Source of the DNA: Anthoceros angustus
Taxonomy: Eukaryota; Plantae; Anthocerotophyta
Assembly (NCBI GenBank): GCA_010909165.1
Contig: VJWM01000025.1
Span: 2,294,001-2,358,000, forward strand
DNA: 64,000 bases
Reading direction: 5' to 3'
The position numbers and the translations under genes are program-made. Position 1 is the first letter of the stretch. Each line of letters begins with the position of its first letter. The notes beneath the pieces were generated by a model. That model made no database searches. It was not told the origin of the DNA and saw only the letters and a list, made by a program, of their open reading frames with translations. Shown piece by piece: positions 23,991-36,533 of this stretch.

Positions 23991-26393
23991 CATGGTATCG
24001 TTATACTTTTTTTTGGGAGTAAGTTATTATTGAGATATATAAATATTTATTTTTTAAAATTAACCTGTTTATGAGGTAATCAATGGTTTGTACTATGCCA
24101 TCATTAGACATATGGACGTTATTTATGCATAAATATTTCAAAGTAGGTGTATCTAATATGGTACATATATACGTTGACGAAGTCCGTTAGATGTACACCA
24201 GGTTGGCGGACGGGCCGAGAGGTGCAGCGCCCGCCTTGTGTTGCCAACTGGTACAGCGAACGCCTGATGGCGCAGCAGCAGCAGCAGCAACAGGCCGTGG
24301 GCGGGTCCCGCCCGACCGCTTGCTGCGGCTGGCTGGCTACCGGCGGGCGTGGCGCAAAATGCGGGGTAGTGTCGGGCTTTGCGGTGTGAATGTTGCGCCC
24401 GCATTAAATTGACGTCGGCAATCCAACGGCCCGGCCCAACGCCCTGCCACCGCCGAGTGCTCCCTCCAAGGCTGAGGCAAAGAGGCAACCCGGGCTCGGA
24501 CTCGGAGAGCGTGCCCTGGGTCAACTTGGCCCCATTTCTTTATCCCTTCAATCGCTCACGACAAAACACCCGCTGCCGGCGTCCTGCATACAGCTCACGA
24601 GTCACACCGTGTGACTGCAATTCTACTCTTCCATGACTTGTGATATCCGGATTCTAGAATGCCTGAATATTTAAATGTTTGATAAAAGATTTGATATAAA
24701 TCTATATTGCCAACGGAATTCGCAAACACGTACCTGTCCTATCACAGCATTAAAGAACCAGTCTCTTGGTCCATCCTGCCACACAAGAAGCTTCAGTTTT
24801 GTCAAATTTTCAGTGTTAGAAACAATATTCTATAAAAGCGCCTGGCCATGCCATGTCCGTCTGCAAAACCCAAGTGATGTCATTGGATAGCGCTCGACAA
24901 ATGGAAGCCAGAAAAGCAGCCCAGGCATTCGGCAATTTCGGCATGCGAGGAATATGTGCATACATACCTTGAATGTGTAGTATGGCCCACTATTATTGTA
25001 CAAGAGGGGCCGATAATCGGGAGAATGTTTGTACCGCGTAAGCCGGTTTGACCCGCCCTCACCGCCACGCTATACACTTGGCTTGCGTGAAGGAAGTGGG
25101 ATCAGGGCCTACCGGCCCACCCTCCACACAAGTGTCCTGCAGATGGGAGCAGGGAAGGGGATTCGGGAACGGAGGAGGAGAGAGGAGAACAAAAGTACTC
25201 TACCTACCAACCGAGGTCAAACTCCATTATCCCCGGATGCCACTAACCACGTCATGCCGGACGCCACAGGATCAAACGCTAGGGTTTGACTTGGTGCCGT
25301 GTGGGTGAAGCTCGCCTGCATTGCATTCAATTCAGGGTGGTAGTAGTACATGCTACTCCTGCACTCCTGCCCTGCTGGGTGGTAAAGTAAAGCAACATGC
25401 AGTATTCCATTCACGGTTTCGTCCACAAGCCAATCACAGGCCCGTCTTACATGCAGGAAGGAGAGCGTCAAAGATTTCGACGGATTCAGCAGACGTTGCT
25501 GGAAATAGGAAGGGAGATCCCTGATCGGCACCAGTTGACTGACTCAATTGGGTTGGTTTTGTTTTGTCTCTCACCTCCCCGTTGCCCGGTTGGATCTGAC
25601 AAAACAGTTGAAGCCTGTCTGCCTGCTGGTAACTCCCCACGTGTCTGGACTTCTCTGGCTTTCCTCTACTTCCTCGCTGCATCTTCTCTGGCTCTCCTCT
25701 ATCTCCTCGCTGCATTGACTTGACAAGCTGCCGGTGCCGCCCTGCTTTCCACCGCTGCCAGAATTAGCAATCCAGTAAACCTTCATAACACTCCGCAAAT
25801 GCTGAGCCCGGCCCAGCCTAACCCCTAATCTGGACAGCCGAACAGGGTATGGACGAGAGACGTCACAGGGATCTCTCAGAATAACAACGAGAAGGAGGAG
25901 ATCATGCAAAGTCAGCAGCACCACTGCATACGACAGCAGAGGAGCCAGCTATGCATTACCCAGGAACCAACCAGCTACGCATCACCCAGGAACCAACCTT
26001 CTCTTGGACAGCATAGGATATATAATGTATTTCATGAGTCTCCACAACACAGGTGTCCTGGACCTTGCCCCCGCAAAAGACCAGAGTTCCCATGGACCCG
26101 GACAAGGCGCATCGGTCAGAAACTCTCGGGACCCCAGTATATTATTCACAACTTCATCATCATGGATGCCGTACTTTGTCTGCATGCTGGCGACTTTGTA
26201 CAAGAGTTTTGGAATCCAAAACCATTAATAAGTCCTCTTGTCCACAGCAGTGGAAGTGGCAGTGGCGAACCTAACGACGACAGTCCGACTCCCCGTTCCA
26301 GTTAGGCACCGAAGCAAATGCATAATCGATCTCCGATATTGGTAAAGCAAAATTCAATTACACAAGCCTCGAAAATGCCAGCTCTAGGAAACT

Positions 26394-27001
26394 CTACACC
26401 ATGAACGTCTTCCCGCTCTGCTGCTGCTGCGATTCAGCACTGCTCCCTGCAAGCAAACAAACAATCACGCACCAAATCAAAATCTGTCTGTTATCATCAA
26501 ATCAACTCCTCTGGAAAAAAAAGTTGAAGTGCCCTGACAAGACAACACCGGCACGAACCAGACTGCTGCGTGGCCGAGGCGGTGGAGACGTTCATGTCCG
26601 CCATGCTCTCCTCCATCAAAACCTGCAGCCTGGACTTCAAATTGGCCACACTGTCCCTGGCGCTGGCAGCTCTCGAAACCTCCCCTAACACGGACTCCTT
26701 CAACCCGCTCACCTTCCGCCGCAACTCATCAGCCTCCTCCTGCACCCCGATCCATCCACAAAAACACATTACGCTCAGAAAGAAGACGTGAATCCAATCC
26801 AACGCCTTGCAGCAGCAGCACCCTGACCTGCGCATCCTCGTGATACTTCTTCACCCTGGTGAGCTCCTTGTCCATGTCCAGCAGCTTGGTGGACATGACG
26901 AAGAACGACAACATCATGGTCATACCGAGGATGTTGTGCTTCTGGCTCTTGATCCTCCCCCAAAGCGACATCGCGGTGCCCGTAGCTTCCGCAGCCGCCA
27001 T
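26394..27001 (-). CDS. Small 3-exon protein with one TM segment and a coiled coil (uncharacterised, possibly mitochondrial inner membrane)
   Basis: MSLWGRIKSQKHNILGMTMMLSFFVMSTKLL...HEDAQ|EEADELRRKVSGLKESVLGEV...|SSAESQQQSGKTFMV*; GT-AG introns of about 85-150 bp. Confidence 0.72.
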
Positions 27002-27090
27002 CGCCGTCGCTCTGCTCGATGCAGCTGCACGCTAGACGTGCAGCGCGCACTGAAACCCTAAAATTCGCGCTCAACGCCGGGGGAGACGAC

Positions 27091-27341
27091 TTGACTCGGG
27101 TTAGAGCCCGTAACGCATTATCGCAAACTCGACTCCCAGTTGACTTGTCCAGACCCCAGAGGCGAGGACTGGCGACTGGCCTGGACGCCAGTCGACGCGG
27201 CATCAATGGAACCAAGAAAGGCTCTCGAGAGACCGTGATTTCATTAAACGCCCGTCAGGGCGGTCGGGTCTCCTTTAACCGTAACGGGGGCGACGCCTGT
27301 CACCCCATGACGACGTTACGTTATCAGGGGGAGCTTTGACT
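27091..27341. promoter_or_regulatory. Three W-boxes (TTGACT) in the divergent promoter upstream of the WRKY gene
   Basis: TTGACT at 27091, 27140 and 27336. Confidence 0.55.
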
Positions 27342-28031
27342 CCTGGTACTCGCATTCCTCTCTCTACATGCTCTTGTTTTCTCTTTCTACACCTTTCTCT
27401 CTCCTTCTCCCTCCTTCCCTCCTCCTCTCTCCGCGCGAGAGAGTAAAGTGCGAGGCTGGCGTTGCGCTCCCTCTCAGCGGCGAGCTCTCTCGGATTCTCT
27501 TCCGCTTCTGTTCTCCTCTCTTCTCCTCCTGCTGCTCGCGTTCCTGCGTCTCGCACGTCTCGAGACGTCTCCTCCTCGCAAGAACGCGCTTGTGGCAAGA
27601 AGCGGCCGGCGCGCGCTGGGTCTCGGGCGCGGGGCCGGCCCTGGAGCGGGAGCGCGGCTATGGCGCGGCTGTGGCGCGGCCGGGGCCTCTCGCAGGCATT
27701 GCAGCGGCCGGGTGGCTGCGGCGCCGAGTGCTGAAGGAAGGAGGAGAAGAAGAGACAATGTAAGTGTGTGCGTTGCTGTGGCCGGGGAGGGAGAGGCGGG
27801 GAAGGAGGGAAGCGGCGGCTTGGTTGTGCGGGTTGGATGAAGGAATCCGGGGAGGGAGGCCGGGGAGGGTCTTTCCGCTAATTTCGGTGCATGTCGCAGG
27901 TTTTTTTGCTATGTTTGATGCGGTTGTTGAACGGTGCCGGTGCGTGGCTGTGCAGGGGGAGCGTGTGAGAAAGAGGACGGCAGGGATGAGAAAGTAGGAG
28001 GTGTAGGGAGGCGAAGGCAGGGCAAGGGGAG

Positions 28032-29648
28032 ATGGAGGTGATGGAGTATTACTGCAGCAGCAAGACGGAGCGGGATCAGGATGTGCAAGAGGCGACGAGA
28101 GCAGGGTTGGAGAATGCCCAGCGGCTGCTGCAGATATTGTCGCAAGCGCGGCAACACCAGGATTTGCAGCAGGATTGCGGGACAGCTGCGGGAGCGGCCA
28201 TCTCCAAGTTCAAGAAGGTGGTGGCGCTGCTGAGCAGGACGGGGCATGCGCGCTTCAGGCGGGGGCCTAGAGGGGCGCAGGCTGCGCCGTCGGCGGGGTT
28301 CGAGGGATCGGAGTTCGGGCAGCTGGAGCCGGCGGCGAACACGCTGGCGGCGTCCCCGTACTCCCCGTCTTCGTCGGATGTGGTTCTGGTGAAGGCACTG
28401 CCGTTTCTGCCGGCCCAGAGCTGCTCTTCTGGCGGGGGAAGCAATGGCATTGCGGAGGCGGCTGCGCAGCAGCATCACCAGCAGCAACAGCAGCAACTTC
28501 AATTGCAGCAGCTGCATTTTCAGCAGCTGCAGCAGATCCAGCAGATGCAGCAGCTGTCGCAGCAGCAACAGTCCCGTCATTTTCAATTTCAGCAGTTGCA
28601 TGCGCATGCGCAGCAGGACATGATGGCTGGGAAGCCCGGTCTCAGCTTCGACCATTCCTTGACCTCTACCCCTTTGTCCACCACCTCCAAGTCGTTTTTG
28701 TCGTCCCTCAGCATGGATGGGAGTGTTGCCAATGACAAGCCACTTCTGTCCCACTCGGCCCTGCCTCCGATCCGTGGCCGCAGCAGCCAAGTGTCTGGCA
28801 AGAAGAAATGCATGGGTAAGTCGGATGAAGCAGGAGGCAAATGTTCAACTCCCGGTCGCTGTCACTGCTCCAAGCGAAGGTACTTCTGCCTGCCTTTTGT
28901 GGGTTCAGCTCCCATATGGGTCATCTCCTTTCCTCGGTCTTCTGCTCGGGACCTTTCTCTGGATTTGTTGACCTTGTTCTTAGGTGCTTTACTCGTTCGC
29001 TTCTTCTCTTTCCTCTGTTGCATCTCTTGTGTTTGCCTTGTTTTGGACCCTTCTCTGTTTCTTTCAACCTTCTCCTCATTCGCTAGGCTTGTGTTTCCAG
29101 GAAACAGAAGATCAAGCGAACCACGTACGTCCCTGCTATCAGCAACAAACTTGCCGATATCCCTCCTGATGAGTTCTCGTGGAGAAAGTATGGTCAAAAG
29201 CCTATCAAGGGTTCCCCTCATCCCAGGTATGATGACACCTCCGCCCAGCTTGTCCCTGAATGAATATGCTTCATTGTCTTGAGTTGGTCCACTTCTTGAA
29301 TGTTTCGTTTTTTGCTCAGGAAATCTACTTCTGGATTGTTTCAATAAACTATGCACTGTTACATCATTTTTGCTGCTTCAATTTGAATGTGCAAACGTCG
29401 CAGTCTGAGAATGAGAGCACCCTTAGTGTGTCACACAGCAGCAAGCTTCCGTTTACATGTCTAATCTAACACTGTTACGGTTTTTTTACAGAGGGTATTA
29501 CAAGTGCAGCAGCATCAGAGGCTGCCCTGCCCGAAAGCATGTGGAGCGGTCCTTGGAGGATCCCAGTATGCTGATTGTCACGTATGAAGGCGACCACAAT
29601 CACTCCCGCAGCGTTTCTGGCAACAACGGACTGGTGGTCCACTCATGA
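28032..29648 (+). CDS. WRKY: Group IId WRKY transcription factor (WRKY21/11-like)
   Basis: Exons 28032-28879, 29101-29226 and 29492-29648. CaM-binding C-motif [24 protein letters not shown], zinc cluster [31 protein letters not shown]...HNH. Confidence 0.97.
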
Positions 29649-30596
29649 CCAAAATGCAGACCCACCTGTTCCTAGAAGCCTTATTCATGGAGGCGGGTGG
29701 AACAACGACCACTCTCTTTTCCCAGGACTCCCAAGCTCAGGCAAGTGCTATTTTGACAACTGCAAGGGCCCAGGCCCGTGAGCCTTGCCTGTAATAGAGG
29801 GTGCATCCTTCTGCATCCGTCAACAACCTGAAGGCTGTTACCTACCTCAGAAATTCTACCCATGACAGTCACGCCGGATGCAATGTTTTGGCCATGGACT
29901 TCATCAGAGAAGCAGCTATAGGAGGATGCAACTGCAGCTTAAGAGTTAGGAGATGCCACTGCTCTCAGTTGAGAGACAAGCGGCCTTCCTTCTTCACCAG
30001 TGCTACCGCCCTTGGCCTCTCAATCGGAACCTTCTGAGTGTGGCAAGGAAGCAGGCCATGGGCAGCCAGGAGCCAGCTAGTATGTCCACTCTTTTTTCCG
30101 CAACTCTCCAGTGTCCAGGATTCCGTTCCTCGTCTGTCCAGTGTTTTTTTCCCTCCGATCCTTCTCATCCCAGCGGTGGTTGTACAAAACTAGACGACAC
30201 AAGCGCTGACTTCGTCCCTGCCGTCACGTGAAATTTGTAGATCCGTTTCTTTACCTTCTGTTGAATTCTTTTCCTTTTAACTCATGTCTCCGGGAGCTCG
30301 CATTTTTTCCCTGAGCGAGATTTTGATGAAACTAACATTTACGAAGTGCATTATTCCGGAGGGAGACTCTTCGCGGAATTGAGTATGGGAAGTGGAATTG
30401 AGGATGGCCCCATGCCATGATAATGGTGCTACAACCGGCATTGTACCAGTGCGCCCGCTGCACCTGCCTCGTGCTGTGCTTCCCTTGGTAGCACCATCTT
30501 CCAGCTACCGCCGTAGCGGGTGAGCGAGAACCGGGCGCCCGCATTGCTTCCATCTGCATTTTCCTGTGAGCTCATTTGCGCGCGCACGCAAAGCTG

Positions 30597-32775
30597 ATGG
30601 CATCCGCAGCCGCAGTGTCGTCGTCCATGCAGGCAGCCGCGGCGCGGGCTGCGTCTGCCTCGCCTCAGCCGAAGCTCTGCTGCCGGGTTCTGGCAGCCGT
30701 GTCCTCCGACAAGCTCTCCCTCTTCCCGGGCTCCCTCTCCCTCAAAGCCTCGGTGAGGTCGGCCGGCAGCATCGCCGCAGCTGCGCAGCACAAGGCGCGG
30801 CCGCAGGCAGTAGCGTCTCGGAACGGGACGGGCGCGGGATCGGCCCCGGGCGGGCTGCAAATCGACCTGCGAGGTGACGTGACGGAATCTTGCTGCTCTT
30901 GTTGCTCTTACTGCTCGGTGTGGTTTGGTGCATGCATGCCCGGCTCACGCAGGCTTGGGGAACTTGTAGGCAAGAGGGCCTTCATTGCAGGCATCGCTGA
31001 CGATCAAGGCTTCGGATGGGCCATCGCTAAGGCCCTGGCTGCAGCTGGAGCGGAAATTCTTGTCGGGACCTGGGTGCCTGTGCGTGGCATGAGCTGAACC
31101 TCGCTGTTGCACTGAATTCGGTTCTGCAAGGCTCCGGCTGCATCAGCATCTGCATGTCGTGTTGCAGGCGCTGAATATCTTTGAGACGAGTCTGAGGCGC
31201 GGCAAGTTCGACGAGTCGAGAGTGTGAGCCACGCATCTTGTTGGAAATCGGTTCAGTGGAAGGTGCTTTCGGTGGAGGAGACGCTGTCTCATGCTTTTGA
31301 TTGCCTTGCAGGCTTCCTAACGGGTCGCTCCTGGAGATTGCCAAAGTCTACCCCTTGGATGCTGTGTTTGATACTCTGGAAGACGTGCCTGAAGAGGTTG
31401 GTGCAGCTTAGGTTTCCTCCTTCTGCTATCGTGCTGCAGGTAGGTCTGAATGTGCTGCTTCTGTTTCTCAGATCTTGAAGAATAAGAGGTATGCTGGCGC
31501 GGAAGGTTGGACTGTTCAGGTAAGGGTGCAGGAACTAAACACTTGTGCTCATAACATGATAGTACTGATTCCAGTCTCCTTCACGGAAGCATGAGTTGTT
31601 TGAGGGATTGATGATAACCCTGTTGCGGCCTATGTGTGTAGGAAGTGGCTGAGAAGGTGAAGAAGGATTATGGCAGCATTGACATCCTGGTGCACGCATT
31701 GGCTAACGGACCAGAGGTGAGCCTGCCTACATGAATGGCTTCTGGTGACTGTCCGGTCATAGGCCGTTCTGCTCATGCTGCTGCTTCTGAACAGGTGACG
31801 AAACCCCTCCTTGAAACTTCAAGGAAAGGCTATCTTGCGGCCGTCTCCGCCTCCTCGTACTCATACGTGTCGCTGCTGAAGCACTTTGCGCCCTTTGTAA
31901 ACCCAGGTATGCAGACTGTCTTGTTCTAGTGCTTGGTCGTGAAAGAGGTGCTTCAGGATGTCAACAACGTGTGTGATGTATGTTGGGATTATGACAGGGG
32001 GTGCGTCCATCTCGCTCACTTACCTTGCTTCCGAGCGGATTATTCCGGGGTGAGTGTCATCCGAATACCATTGCCACACACTTCCCCCCTCTTCCCCCTC
32101 CACCAGCCAAGCCTCGTGTTTTGGTTCTTAGCAGTTTTTGACCTGCCTGCAGATATGGGGGTGGAATGAGCTCAGCAAAGGCAGCTTTGGAGAGTGACAC
32201 TAGGGTACGTAATCCTTGTTTACTTGGCACATCACCTTCCAAGTAGCTAGAGCATGTCATTCCATCTCAATCTTCCTACCCCTGCAGTTGCTTGCCTTCG
32301 AAGCTGGGAGAAAGTACAACATCCGCGTCAATACTATATCGGCAGGTAAATAGAGCATTCATAATTTTGAAGTTTCAAATGTGGTTGTGCCCAGTTGCTT
32401 ACCAATTGCTGAAACTTTCAGGGCCTTTGCGAAGTAGAGCAGCGAAAGCAATTGGCTTCATCGATGACATGATAAACTACTCCACCGCGAATGCTCCCTT
32501 GCAGAAGGAGCTTGATGCTGGTAAGCGCAAAATGTGCACTCAAGCACTTTTTTGGAGTTAATTGTCTGGGAAGAGTAACTAATACTTCGACTGGTGGCAC
32601 AGATGAAGTGGGAAATACAGCTGCGTTCCTTGCATCAAACCTGGCATCTGCCATTACCGGAACCGTAATCTACGTGGACAACGGTCTGCATGCCATGGGT
32701 CTGGCAGTGGACAGCCCAACTGTGTCCAAAGTCGCGGTACCTCCATCTGCAGAGAAATCGACTGTCGCAGCTTAA
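30597..32775 (+). CDS. ENR: Plastid enoyl-[ACP] reductase (NADH), FabI/MOD1 orthologue
   Basis: Transit peptide, then IDLRG|[94 protein letters not shown]; about 11 short introns. Confidence 0.97.
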
Positions 32776-33317
32776 ATAGCGAGTGCAGGTTCTCATTGCG
32801 AGGAAGATAGTTTTGTTCACGTGACCTTTCCACTTTTGACCGGTTCTTGGTGGCACACCGTTTCCCACTCCCCCCGCCCAGCCCCTCCCCTCTTCCAGAT
32901 CGTCTGCCGAGTTTTAATTGGATCCTTGAGGGAAATCATACAATCAAGCTTATGGACTTTGCTGTGTCCTAAGTATATAGGTATATCAACATAAGAATCC
33001 CGGTATATCAACACAAGAATCCCAGTATATCAACGTACGAATCCCAGCTCTAACGACCAGTCTACTAAGGCTGATGGTGTAAGGCTGCTCTAATGTAAAC
33101 GGTAAGGATGGTTGGATATGCCGTTCAATTGCAAGCCCTCAATGGAATATGTAGGATAAGCCCACAGGGTTCAAAACACCAAGAACATGAAAGTCACTTA
33201 ACCAGGAGGTTGGGCCTCTTCACCCTTGGCGTGGGGCCTTTTAGTGAGTTGTTCCCCACCACTATTGTGTGGATGGGATTTTCCATCAATACAAATTTTA
33301 TAAGGTCTCTACAGCAA

Positions 33318-33575
33318 TGACTTAACTAGGATGTCACTTAACCAAGGAGGTTACTTAGCTTGGGAGTATTTAGAAACTCATGGTTAGAATGTCATTTTTT
33401 AAAGGAAAAAAATCAGTGTAATTAATCAAGATACAAATGAGTTACTGACTTAACTAGGATGTCACTTAACCAAGGAGGTCACTTAACATGGGAGTGTTTA
33501 GAAACTCATGGCTAGAATGTGTCATTTTCCGAAGGGAGGATAAAATCATTGCAATTCATCAAGATACAAATAAGT
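33318..33575. repeat. Tandem duplication of about 128 bp
   Basis: TGACTTAACTAGGATGTCACTTAACCAAGGAGG...ATCAAGATACAAAT at about 33318 and about 33446. Confidence 0.8.
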
Positions 33576-33965
33576 TAATATATCTGTATTGTTTTGGTGA
33601 GTTTAGATTAGATTTAAAAAAATAACTATGTTGCATGTTCTAATACCATATGGTAAAAACTAGGGTTAGATCAATTGATCACACATAGGCTTTCTACGAA
33701 TTTCACTTTGGACCACCTTTAGCACCTTTGGGCTTCCAAGACTAGAAAATGAAAATGGACCGAATCTTGTAAAAGCACATTGGACCGCCTAGATGCTTTT
33801 GGTGACTTCCCTTGTACTTTCTGTCCATTCCTTTAGATCACTCTTAGCACCAATGTTTGAGCTTCCAAGACTAGAATATGAAACTAGATAAAAACTTGTA
33901 ATAGTAGCACATTCAGATTGCCTAAATGCTTTCGACTAGCCTCCCTAGTACTTTTTGTCCTCTTG

Positions 33966-34227
33966 GTTTTTATTTAAGCTCCTTGAAATCGAGGCTCTCC
34001 ATCCAGTTTTTATTTAAGCCCCTTGAAATCGAGGTTGTCCATTCGGTTTTTATCTAAGCCCCTTGAAATCGAGGCTGTCCATCCAGTTTTTATCTAAGCC
34101 CCTTAAAATCGAGGTTGTCCATCCGGTTTTTATCTAAGCCCCTTGAAATCGAGGCTGTCCATCCGGTTTTTATCTAAGTCCCTGGAAATCAAGGCTGTCC
34201 ATCCAGTTTTATCTGAGCTCCTTGAAA
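33966..34227. repeat. 40-bp tandem repeat, about 6.5 copies
   Basis: Unit GGTTTTTATCTAAGCCCCTTGAAATCGAGGCTGTCCATCC. Confidence 0.93.
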
Positions 34228-36289
34228 ATTTCGGTCAAACTTGATTAAATTAATTAATATTTTTAGCTTGAGTAATCATAAACAAAAGATTAAATAATCA
34301 CCATCTACTGTGGGACACACCAATTGAATCCTACAATAATATTTGCATTCTCTTTCTGTGGAATTAAAGTGTACAATTTTCATCGAACTAGACGAATCAT
34401 CGTCAAATTGAAAAATGTTGATTGTTGTTGTTTTATAAGAAGAAGAAAACATGTTTTGAAGTCCACTTAAGACGGATGACGACTATGGAGTTGTCTTCTC
34501 ATGGTAGAAGAAACATGATCCGAGAATTCAATATGGGGAGTTCCAGCATGTGATTAAAGGATAAGAATCTATGGATTACATGCAACGATAGAAGACTATG
34601 TTGGACTAAAACTTGCTTGATCCACATAATCCATAAGCTGAACCTCACTATCGCACAAAATCCGGTCATGTAAGGTTGTGCACATTGCATGAATGCGCCG
34701 ATAGACCGGCGTAGTCACATGTGAGTACTAGTGCGGCGGTAGACCAGCACACTCACATGTGACGGCATTGGTTCTTTGGAGCAGCCAAATTCAATGAGCA
34801 AGTGCACCAAACAAATGTCCAAACAAATAAGCGAAATTTTATTGAGGGAAAAAATTGATGGGAAAAGATTTTCCTGGAGAGGACACCAGAAAGGGATCCT
34901 GAGGGTCGAGGTAAAGGAGCAACTAAGCTCCCTACCGAAAGTCGCCGACTGCGCTTGCGATGTTGTATGCGGGAAGAGTAAAGGGCCTACAAACTATGGA
35001 AGAAGAGGAAGATAGTGTCACCTGTTGTCGCTGCTTTGTGGATGATTGTCGTGGAGAGGGCCCGTTGAAGAGTAATTGAGACTCATTATCTAAAGAACGC
35101 CGTGAAGTAGGAAAGGGACAGCCCCGCACTGTGCCTGCGAGCATGATAAGCCTTGCAAAAGACTTAATAAATGTTTCGAAGTCCTTAACCAATGCACTAT
35201 ACATTTTAAGGGCGAGCAGAAAGAATTAGTGGGGCGCTTGCATCACGCTATATTTCTTGACTTTAAGAGCCGCCGCTCCGGTAGTAGTTCAACCTAGACG
35301 GTTAGTTTTAATTCACTTTGGATGTCCAAACTATCCAATACTTTAATCTTTTCTTTTGTAGAGTGGTAATAGATTGATATTTAATGTTGCAACTCCTCCC
35401 CATTCTCACTACAAAAAACCTAGTTCTGGAAAAATGCAAGCAGCAATTATGGCCTCATGGAATCTAAAATATCAAGAGATAACAGCACACAGATTGAATC
35501 ACCAGGTCCTGAGCGTGTTGGTGCGTCATTTCTAGCTCATTTTCTGTGATTTCTTACGACCTTTTTTGACTATTTTTACTAGGTGCTAGGGATAGCTGCC
35601 ATCGATTCGATCTGACTGTAAGTACAAAATTCCCATCAATACGAGCATATTTCATAATGATGTGCACTTAAGCGAATATTAAATTGGTTTCGGCGGATGT
35701 TGCGCGCAAATCCTGTTATCTATAGGAAAGACGTTAAGGTTCTCAAGGCTTTTTATGTTTTTAGGAACCAACAATCATATTTAATATTTTCTTGTTTCAA
35801 ACCATAACCTTTTTCAAGACCAATGGAATATATAATTAGTTAGAATGAATAACATAACTAATAAAAGATAAATAGAATCACTTTGGATCAAAATTAGTAA
35901 GAATTCAGCATTAGTTGTGGCTTTCTTAAAATATAAGCAAAGCTAGAAGAAAGGAATAAAGGGCAGATCATGAACATCACTGTCAAATAAAGTAAATAGG
36001 TAAAATAATTATAAAAATAAAGTAAATAGGTGAAAAAGTTATAAAAATAAAGCAAATTAGTAGCTGCCCGATTAAGAAGGTGCATGTGTTGCATACTTCA
36101 TGTCATGTCCTAATAAAGAGGAATTGCTGCAGTCACAAATGATAAGACTTTTAGGGTTGAATGGTCTGTAAGAATTCCCGGACTTAGTACTCTCAATGAG
36201 TGGTCTGTAAGAATTCCCGGGCTTAGCAGATGCCTGGTTCCTAATTGAGGTGATCTTGCGGGATATATATAAGGGCTAGAGCAAGGGCT

Positions 36290-36505
36290 TATATTCGTTT
36301 ATTCATTCTACGTTTCCTCAATCTAAACCATCTACTATAACGTATATATATTAAAGGTATATATATTTGTTCATTCATCGTTTCCTCAATCTAAACCATC
36401 TACCATAATGTATGTATATTAAAGGTATATATATTCGTTCATTCATTCTACGTTTCTCCAATCTAAACCATCTACCATAACACATATATATAAAAGGTAT
36501 AGATA
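36290..36505. repeat. Tandem repeat of about 70 bp, 3 copies
   Basis: ATATTCGTT(T/C)ATTCATTCTACGTTTCCTCAATCTAAACCATCTACCATAA...TAAAGGTAT. Confidence 0.85.
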
Positions 36506-36533
36506 TTCTCTAAGATACATAATAATAGGCATA

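Noticed and set aside
30597-32775. FabI as bacterial contamination or recent HGT
   Set aside because: It has about 11 spliceosomal introns and a transit peptide; this is the standard plant ENR
35407-35418. CACTACAAAAAA as a CACTA terminal repeat
   Set aside because: No matching inverted end or transposase found in the window
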